The notes below the pieces were generated by a model. That model saw nothing but the letters and a program-made list of their open reading frames with translations. It had not been told where the DNA came from and did no database searches. Below are positions 35,109 to 41,310 of a DNA stretch of 41,310 nt, in pieces. Made by a program: the position numbers and the translations under genes. Source of the stretch: Salinarchaeum sp. (GTDB lineage: Archaea > Halobacteriota > Halobacteria > Halobacteriales > QS-1-68-20); NCBI GenBank assembly GCA_007122875.1, contig SKSS01000093.1:1-41310 (forward strand), in the 5' to 3' direction. How positions within the stretch are numbered: position 1 is the first letter of the stretch; the number at the start of each line of letters is the position of its first letter.

Positions 35109-36038
35109 ATGGCAGACCTGCGACAGCACGCGGAAGACGTGTACGAACAGTTTTCGGACGAACTCGACATCGATGTCGACGAGGTAGAGGGCCGATTCGA
35201 GACGCTCGTCGAGGAGTACAGCGTCCCGGTCGAGGAGGCCCGCCGGAGCGTCGTGAACCACTACTTAGAGGAGGCCGGCATGGCTCGCGACGACCTTCGA
35301 GGCGGCAACGAGGAGGTCACGATCGAAACGATCGACGAATCCGAACAGTGGGTCGACCTCACCGCGAAGGTCGTCGACCTCTGGGAGCCCCGCAGCGACG
35401 CGGTCGCACAGGTTGGCTTGCTCGGCGACGAGACCGGGACGATCAAGTTCACGAAGTGGGCGAAATCCGATCTCGCGACGCTCGACGAGGGCGAGGTCTA
35501 CCACCTCGGAAACGTCGTCACCGACGAGTACCAGGGGCGGTACTCGGTGAAACTCAACCGGACGACGACGGTCGAACACCTCGAAGACGACGACATCGAG
35601 GTCGGCGACAACGAGTCCGAAATCGAGGGCGCGCTCGTGGACATCCAGAGCGGGAGCGGCCTGATCAAGCGGTGTCCGATGGACGACTGTACCCGCGTCC
35701 TCCAGAACGGCCGATGCTCAGAACACGGCGAGGTCGAAGGCGAGTTCGATCTTCGAATCAAGGGCGTGATCGACGACGGACGCGATGTTCACGAGGTCAT
35801 CTTCGATCAGGAGTCCACCGAGAACCTCACCGGCATCGAACTGGAGGAGGCCAAGGACATGGCGATGGACGCCCTCGACACGTCGATCGTGGCCGACGAG
35901 ATGCGCGCGAAGACCCTCGGGCGCTACTATCGGATTCGCGGGCCGACGATGGGGCGGTACGTGCTCGCCAACGAGGTCGAGCAGCCGTCGGGACCGACAG
36001 ATCACGAGGAACTGCTGATCAAAGCGAGGTCGATCTGA
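35109..36038 (+). CDS. rpa3: Replication protein A, single OB fold plus zinc finger (Rpa3 type)
   Basis: OB-fold block VDLTAKVVDLWEPRSDAVAQVGLLGDETGTIKFTKW and zinc finger CPMDDCTRVLQNGRCSEHG. Followed at 1-nt spacing by the associated protein gene. Confidence 0.8.
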   Translation: MADLRQHAEDVYEQFSDELDIDVDEVEGRFETLVEEYSVPVEEARRSVVNHYLEEAGMARDDLRGGNEEVTIETIDESEQWVDLTAKVVDLWEPRSDAVAQVGLLGDETGTIKFTKWAKSDLATLDEGEVYHLGNVVTDEYQGRYSVKLNRTTTVEHLEDDDIEVGDNESEIEGALVDIQSGSGLIKRCPMDDCTRVLQNGRCSEHGEVEGEFDLRIKGVIDDGRDVHEVIFDQESTENLTGIELEEAKDMAMDALDTSIVADEMRAKTLGRYYRIRGPTMGRYVLANEVEQPSGPTDHEELLIKARSI

Positions 36039-36039
36039 G

Positions 36040-36609
36040 ATGAGCACTGCACCGACCCGAGAGGTGGCCCGACGCGCGTTCGCGAGCGAGTTCAACGACG
36101 CCGGGTACACGTTCACCGAATCCGACGAGGAGCGTGCACCCGTCTACCTGCTGTTGCCGACCGGCGCACACGCGAACCGTGTGTTCGTCGTGGGAACGCT
36201 CACCGAAACCGAAGACATCGGCGACGAGAGCGAGTACTGGCGCGGTCGGATCGTCGATCCGACGGGGACGTTCTTCGTCTACGCCGGCCAGTATCAGCCC
36301 GACGCCGCGAGCGTCCTCCGGGACGTCGAACCGCCGGCGTACGTGGCCGTGACCGGCAAACCCCGAACCTACGAGACGGACGACGGCGAGATCAACGTCT
36401 CCGTCCGCCCCGAGGCGATCACGATCGTCGACGAGGACGTGCGCCGTCAGTGGATCGTCGAGACCGCCGAACGCACCCTCGAACGGATCGAGGCGTTCGA
36501 AGACGGCGCGGGGAACGAGTACGCCACGATGGCCCGCGAGCAGTACGACCTCCCCGTCGAAAACTACCGCCGTGCTGCCGTGGCCGCCTTAGAGGATCTC
36601 GACGAGTAG
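36040..36609 (+). CDS. rpap3: RPA-associated protein (COG3390-like OB-fold protein, Rpap3 type)
   Basis: 189 aa; RVFVVGTLTE...YWRGRIVDPTGTFFVYAGQYQP pattern; operon partner of rpa3. Confidence 0.7.
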   Translation: MSTAPTREVARRAFASEFNDAGYTFTESDEERAPVYLLLPTGAHANRVFVVGTLTETEDIGDESEYWRGRIVDPTGTFFVYAGQYQPDAASVLRDVEPPAYVAVTGKPRTYETDDGEINVSVRPEAITIVDEDVRRQWIVETAERTLERIEAFEDGAGNEYATMAREQYDLPVENYRRAAVAALEDLDE

Positions 36610-36630
36610 ACGAATCGAACACTCTCCCCA

Positions 36631-36672
36631 CCCCTTCCCACTCGTTCGATTCCCCTTCCCACTCGTTCGATT
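36631..36672. repeat. Perfect tandem duplication, 2 x 21 bp (CCCCTTCCCACTCGTTCGATT)
   Basis: Read directly: 36631-36651 is identical to 36652-36672. Lies between the convergent rpap3 and hutH 3' ends. Confidence 0.9.
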
Positions 36673-36730
36673 CTCCTTTCGATCGGCCGTTTCGAGCTTC
36701 GCGTTCCCGTATTTCGGCTCCGTCACCGGC

Positions 36731-38365
36731 TCAGCCGATCGCTGCCTCGACCCGGTCGTCAAGGACGCCCTCCCGAATCAGCGATCCGACCGCGGATACG
36801 TCGGGGGCGATCGGTCGATCGTCGGTCAACGGCTCGACGACCTCCCGGACCGTCCGGTAGACTGCTCCCGTTCCGACCCCGTGATCGAGATCGGAGTCGA
36901 CGTACTCGGCGGCTTCGGCCGCACAGAGCAGTTCGACCGCGACGGCGTCCGTCGCGAGGTCGAGTGCCCGTCGCGCGAACAGCGCCGAGGTCGCGCTCAT
37001 ACTGACGTGATCCTCCTGTCCACCACTGACCGAGACCGTGTCAACCCCCGGCCGGCCGAGTGAGCGGAGTTCGCTTCCGACGGCCGCGGCGGCGTACTGC
37101 GCGAGCATGTGACCCGACTGGAGTCCGCTCTCGTCGGCGAGAAACGGTGGCAGATGGTCCTCCTGTACGTTGGGGTTCACCATCCGATCGACGCGGCGCT
37201 CGCAGATCGCGGCCAGATCCGCGAGCGCGGCGGTCGCGTAGTCGAGTCGATGGGCGAGCGGCGCACCGTGGAAGTTCCCGCCCGAGAGGACGGCTGCCTC
37301 GTCCGTGCCGCTCGCACGGGGATCGACCCGCTCGCGATCGAAGATCAGCGGGTTGTCGGTGGCGCTGTTGAGTTCGATCTCGACCGCTTCCCGGAGGTGG
37401 GCGAGGGCGTCACGGGCCGCGCCGTGGACCTGCGGGAGACACCGGATCGAGTAGGCGTCCTGTACGCGGTCGCAGTTTCGGTGTGACTCGACGATCTCGG
37501 AGCCTGCGGCGAGGCGCTTGACGGCCCGAGCGCTCTCGGCCTGTCCGGCGTGCGGACGGATCTCGGAGAGCGCGGGATCACACGCCGCCGTCGTCCCCAT
37601 GGTCACCTCGGTCGTGAGCGCACCTGCCGCGTCGGCGGCTCGAAGCAGCCGCTCGCCGTCGTGGACGACAAACGCAGCCAGCCCGACGGTGAGCTGCGTC
37701 CCGTTGATGAGCGCCAACCCCTCCTTCGGAGCGAGCGAGAGCGATTCGATTCCAGCGCGGGCGAGCGCCTCGCTACCGGGGAGGCGCTCGCCCGCCGCGT
37801 CCTGCCGGTGGACGGGCGCACCCGCACGGTCGGGCGATCGAGACCCGACGCGTGCCTCGCCCTCACCGATCAGGAGGAGCGCCACGTGGGCGAGCGGCGC
37901 GAGGTCGCCGCTCGCCCCGAGGCTCCCACGGGAGGGGACGACCGGATGGACGCCTTCGTTCAGAAGGGTGGCAAGCTGGTCGATCACGATCTCCCGTACA
38001 CCCGAATAGCCCTTCACGAGGGCGTTGAGCCGGGTGAGGAGCAGTGCGCGAACCTCCTCGGTCGACAGTTCGCGGCCCGTTCCCGCCGCATGGCTCCGAA
38101 CGAGGTTTTCCTGAAGGGATTCGAGATCCGTCGCATCGATCCGTTCGTCGACGAGTTCGCCGAACCCCGTGTTCACGCCGTAGACGGCGTCTCCAGCGTC
38201 GAGTACGTCCTCGACCCGCTCACGGGATGCGCGAACGGCCTCGCGGGTGATTTCGGGGATCTCGACCCGCGCTCCTTCTCGAGCAACCCGAACCACGTCA
38301 GTCGGGGTCAGCGAGTCGCCGTCGACGCGTACGGCACCGGTCGTGGCACCGTCCTCATCGCTCAT
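36731..38365 (-). CDS. hutH: Histidine ammonia-lyase
   Basis: MIO-forming GSLGASGDLAPLAH motif and a KEGLALINGTQ block. ATG 38365 overlaps the hutI 3' end by 11 nt (alternative start at 38377). Confidence 0.9.
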   Translation of the reverse strand: MSDEDGATTGAVRVDGDSLTPTDVVRVAREGARVEIPEITREAVRASRERVEDVLDAGDAVYGVNTGFGELVDERIDATDLESLQENLVRSHAAGTGRELSTEEVRALLLTRLNALVKGYSGVREIVIDQLATLLNEGVHPVVPSRGSLGASGDLAPLAHVALLLIGEGEARVGSRSPDRAGAPVHRQDAAGERLPGSEALARAGIESLSLAPKEGLALINGTQLTVGLAAFVVHDGERLLRAADAAGALTTEVTMGTTAACDPALSEIRPHAGQAESARAVKRLAAGSEIVESHRNCDRVQDAYSIRCLPQVHGAARDALAHLREAVEIELNSATDNPLIFDRERVDPRASGTDEAAVLSGGNFHGAPLAHRLDYATAALADLAAICERRVDRMVNPNVQEDHLPPFLADESGLQSGHMLAQYAAAAVGSELRSLGRPGVDTVSVSGGQEDHVSMSATSALFARRALDLATDAVAVELLCAAEAAEYVDSDLDHGVGTGAVYRTVREVVEPLTDDRPIAPDVSAVGSLIREGVLDDRVEAAIG

Positions 38366-39611
38366 GGACGATCTCACCCTCCTTGCAGACCGTTCGAACC
38401 GGATTCTCGCCGAATCGGTAGGGAACGTGGACGTGTGACGGAGCGTCGATCACGACGAGGTCGCCCGGACGCCCCTCCTGCAGGGTTCCGGCTCCATCGG
38501 AACTGGGATCCGCTTGACCGCTGTCGTCCCTCCGATCGAGCGCCTGCGCAGCGTCCGCGGTCGCGGCCCGAATTGCCTCCGCGGGGGTGAGCCCCATCCC
38601 GACACAGCCGAGTGCGACCGCGAACGGGACGCTCCGGGAGTGGCAGTTCGGGTTGAAGTCGGTGGCAAGTGCGATCGGCGTTCCGGCCGCACGAAACGGC
38701 TCGGGATCCGCATACTCCTCGCCGAGCGCGAACGCCGTTCCGGGCAGAAACGTGGGGACGACGCCGGTCTCCGCGAGCGCGTCGGCGTCCTCGCGGGTGG
38801 CGTGAAGCAGATGATCGGCGCTCGCAGCTTCGACCTCCGCGGCGAGTTGGGTCCCGCCAAGCCGGGTAAACTCCTCGGCGTGAACCTTCGGCGTCAGACC
38901 CTGTTCCCGTCCCGCTTCGAGCACGCGACGGGACTGTTCGACGTCGAAGACGCCCTCCTCGCAGAACACGTCGCAGAACGCAGCGATTCCCTGTTCGGCG
39001 ACCGCTGGAAGCTGTTCGTCGATCACCTCATCGACGTACTCGTCTGCGTCGTGGCCCTCCGGAACGGCGTGTGCGCCCATGAACGTCGGGTGGATGTCGA
39101 TCGGGTGGTCGGCAGCGGCCCGGTCGATCGCCGCGAGCAGGCGGAGTTCGGTGTCGGTATCGAGTCCGTAGCCCGACTTTACCTCGGCCGTCGTCGTTCC
39201 ATGCGCGAGCATCGTATCGAGGTGTTCGGTGAGGATTTCCACGAGCCGCTCGTCGCTGGCCTCGCGGACCGCGCGCACGGTTCGGAGGATACCTCCACCC
39301 TCCTCGTGGATCTCCTGGTAGGTCTTCCCACGGAGCTTCGCCGCGAACTCGTCGGAGCGGTCGCCAGCGAAGACGGCGTGCGTGTGCGGGTCGACGAACC
39401 CCGGGAGGATCGCCCGTCCAGTCGCGTCGATCGCGGTCGTCGCGTTTTCGGGTGGGTACTCACGGGTAATCTCGTCGGACGGCCCGATGGCGACAACATC
39501 ACCGCCGACGATCGCGATTGCGGCGTCTTCGTGGATCGTCAACGGGGAGCCATCTCCGGGTCCGACCACCACCTCGTTCGCGTCGTACACGAGGGTCGTT
39601 CGATCGGTCAT
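38355..39611 (-). CDS. hutI: Imidazolonepropionase
   Basis: Amidohydrolase-fold blocks PGFVDPHTH, VKSGYGL, KVHAEE and ASADHL. Start at internal ATG 39611. Confidence 0.9.
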   Translation of the reverse strand: MTDRTTLVYDANEVVVGPGDGSPLTIHEDAAIAIVGGDVVAIGPSDEITREYPPENATTAIDATGRAILPGFVDPHTHAVFAGDRSDEFAAKLRGKTYQEIHEEGGGILRTVRAVREASDERLVEILTEHLDTMLAHGTTTAEVKSGYGLDTDTELRLLAAIDRAAADHPIDIHPTFMGAHAVPEGHDADEYVDEVIDEQLPAVAEQGIAAFCDVFCEEGVFDVEQSRRVLEAGREQGLTPKVHAEEFTRLGGTQLAAEVEAASADHLLHATREDADALAETGVVPTFLPGTAFALGEEYADPEPFRAAGTPIALATDFNPNCHSRSVPFAVALGCVGMGLTPAEAIRAATADAAQALDRRDDSGQADPSSDGAGTLQEGRPGDLVVIDAPSHVHVPYRFGENPVRTVCKEGEIVHER

Positions 39612-39697
39612 GCCTGTCCCTCCGTTCTTCTGCATGCTGTGTGTTCTGGATTCATCGGTCTCGCAGGTCGTGTTCGCAGCCGGTTCTTCGAACGTTC

Positions 39698-39745
39698 TCG
39701 TCGTCGATTCTCCGAATGGTTTTGTCGTCGATTCTCCGAACGCTT
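39698..39745. repeat. Two-copy direct repeat, 24-bp period, 22/24 identical (GTCGTCGATTCTCCGAA-NNN-TTTT)
   Basis: Read directly: 39698-39721 and 39722-39745, in the divergent hutI/ridA intergenic region. Ends 28 nt before the ridA ATG. Confidence 0.8.
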
Positions 39746-39772
39746 TTGGTTCGATCCCGTGACTCCCTCGAC

Positions 39773-40219
39773 ATGGAACGGATCCACGTCAATCCGTCCG
39801 AACTGAAGGATGCCCGAAGTATCGGCTACAACCACGGGATCGTGACGAACGGAACGTTCTACATGGCCGGGCAGGTCGCAATGAATTCGGACGGCGAGAT
39901 CGTCGGCGACGACATCGAGACGCAGGCCCGAACGGCCTACGAGAACGTCGGGATCCTGCTGGACGCGATCGGCAAGGGGTTTTCGGACATCGCGAAGGTC
40001 ACGACGCACATCGTCGACCCCCACGAACGCTACTACGACGGGTACAAGGAGGTCTACTGGGAGACGTTCGATGAACCTTACCCGTGTCACACCGTCCTCG
40101 GCGTCCACCAACTGGCCCACGAGGAGTACCTCGTCGAGATCGAAGTCGAGGTCCCGCTTTCGGATGACGATGTCGCGGCCATCGAACCGGACGGCGACGA
40201 GATCGTTCGCGTCTCGTGA
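39773..40219 (+). CDS. ridA: RidA/YjgF family protein
   Basis: YNHGIVTNGTFYMAGQVAM...AKVTTHIVD...HTVLGVHQLAHEEYLVEIEVE pattern. Start at internal ATG 39773. Confidence 0.8.
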   Translation: MERIHVNPSELKDARSIGYNHGIVTNGTFYMAGQVAMNSDGEIVGDDIETQARTAYENVGILLDAIGKGFSDIAKVTTHIVDPHERYYDGYKEVYWETFDEPYPCHTVLGVHQLAHEEYLVEIEVEVPLSDDDVAAIEPDGDEIVRVS

Positions 40220-40247
40220 GGATCGTAGATCGGTAGCCATCCGTTGC

Positions 40248-41310
40248 TTACTCCCGCTCGCGCATCGGAACGCGGACGTTCGACTGGCGGGCCTCCTCGA
40301 TCGCGTCCTCGTAGCCGGCGTCGGCGTGACGGATCACGCCCATCCCCGGATCGGTCGTGAAGACGCGACGAGCCTTCTCTGCTGCGAGATCGGAACCGTC
40401 GAGGACGACGTGGTTGTTCGCGTGGAGCGCATTGCCAATTCCGACGCCGCCGCCGTCGTGGACTGAAACGATGTCCGCGCCCGCCGCGCAGTTGAGCAGG
40501 GCGTTCAGGATCGGCCAGTCCGCGACGGCGTCCGTGCCGTCGCGCATGGCCTCCGTCTCGCGGTTGGGCGAGGCTACCGAACCGGCGTCGAGGTGATCGC
40601 GGGTGACGACGATCGGCGCAGCAATCTCGCCCTCGCGAACGAGATCGTTGATCCGAAGCGCGAAGCGGGCGCGCTCGGTGGTACCGTTATCATCCGTTTC
40701 GTACCCCAGCCAGCACACCCGGCTCGGAAGCCCCTGGAACGACACCTGCTCCTGTGCGAGGTCGATCCATCGGTGGAGGTGTTCCTTCCCGGGAAAGAGT
40801 TCCGTTACCGCTTCATCCGTCCGGTGAATGTCCGCCGGATCGCCCGAGAGCGCGGCCCAGCGGAACGGTCCCTTCCCGCGGCAGAACTGCGGGCGGATGT
40901 ACGCCGGGACGAACCCAGGGAAGTCGAACGCGTCGGCCACGTCCCGCTCGACGGCGACCTGTCCACGGATGTTGTTGCCGTACTCGAAGGCGATTGCCCC
41001 CCGATCCTGTAAGTCGAGGATCGCCTGCACGTGCCGTTCCATCGTGTCGAGCGATTCCTTCCGGTAGCGATCGGGATCCTCCTCGCGGAGCTGATCGGCC
41101 TCCTCGACGGTGTAGCCGCTCGGGTAGTAGCCCTCAAGCGCGTCGTGGGCGCTCGTCTGATCGGTGAGTACGTCCGGGACGAACTCCCGTTCGAGCAGTT
41201 CCTCCAGCAGATCCGCGGCGTTCACGTGGACCCCGACGCTGTACGGCTCTCCGGCTTCGGCAGCCTCCTCCGCCTTCCGGAGCGCCTCGTCGAGGTCGTC
41301 GGTCTTCTCC
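40248..41310 (-). CDS. hutU: Urocanate hydratase, C-terminal part (5' end lies beyond the window)
   Basis: [21 protein letters not shown] and [12 protein letters not shown] blocks. The reading frame stays open to the window edge ([35 protein letters not shown]). Confidence 0.9.
   Translation of the reverse strand, partial: EKTDDLDEALRKAEEAAEAGEPYSVGVHVNAADLLEELLEREFVPDVLTDQTSAHDALEGYYPSGYTVEEADQLREEDPDRYRKESLDTMERHVQAILDLQDRGAIAFEYGNNIRGQVAVERDVADAFDFPGFVPAYIRPQFCRGKGPFRWAALSGDPADIHRTDEAVTELFPGKEHLHRWIDLAQEQVSFQGLPSRVCWLGYETDDNGTTERARFALRINDLVREGEIAAPIVVTRDHLDAGSVASPNRETEAMRDGTDAVADWPILNALLNCAAGADIVSVHDGGGVGIGNALHANNHVVLDGSDLAAEKARRVFTTDPGMGVIRHADAGYEDAIEEARQSNVRVPMRERE

Noticed and set aside
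36631-36672. Direct repeats (also 23062-23121 and 39698-39745) as a CRISPR array.
   Set aside because: There are only two adjacent copies each, with no unique spacers between repeats and no cas genes in the window.
38514-39806. 430-aa plus-strand ORF over hutI.
   Set aside because: Antisense to imidazolonepropionase and runs across the hutI/ridA intergenic repeat. Arg-rich artefact.

Overview
High-GC window (roughly two-thirds G+C by eye). The predicted proteins are strongly acidic, several carry twin-arginine plus lipobox signals, and many genes have AT-rich hexamers about 27 nt upstream of the start codon. This is the signature of a haloarchaeal (class Halobacteria) chromosomal segment. 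I support 44 protein-coding features, including one pseudogene and one gene truncated at the right edge. I found no rRNA or tRNA genes, no transposase or integrase, and no CRISPR array.

Content, left to right:
- Two paralogous modules of a FilR1-like regulator followed by a methyltransferase (96-1886 and 9273-11026).
- A Bat-like PAS/GAF/HTH_10 regulator.
- An unlisted 59-aa zinc-ribbon ORF tightly coupled to gdhA.
- An M20 amidohydrolase.
- A decayed rhodanese gene with an in-frame TGA and an internal deletion.
- thrC, a NUDIX hydrolase and a ba3-type cytochrome oxidase operon (cbaD-like, cbaB, cbaA).
- A 5-formyl-THF cyclo-ligase, hisD, an amphi-Trp protein, an IscA-type protein and dodecin.
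- A nosZ-less nos(L-like/D)-F-Y cluster that converges on a minus-strand unit of substrate-binding protein, PAP2 and nosL.
- A class V aminotransferase, YjbQ, an MFS transporter and rpa3-rpap3.
- A histidine-utilisation cluster (hutH, hutI, hutU) interrupted by an opposite-strand ridA.

Most interesting observations:
1. Two tandem, previously hidden micro-genes (42 and 62 aa) encode Tat-signal/lipobox peptides whose mature parts are short poly-acidic tails. Each has its own TATA-like element.
2. A family-5 ABC substrate-binding lipoprotein looks circularly permuted. Its canonical C-terminal lobe is relocated to the N-terminus through a poly-acidic linker. It is 1 nt from a PAP2 membrane enzyme and has no ABC permease or ATPase beside it.
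3. The orphan nos accessory cluster lies about 5 kb from a CuA-containing oxidase.
4. Several two-copy direct repeats and perfect palindromes sit in intergenic regions.

All functional calls come from motif-level reading of the supplied translations. No database search was run.
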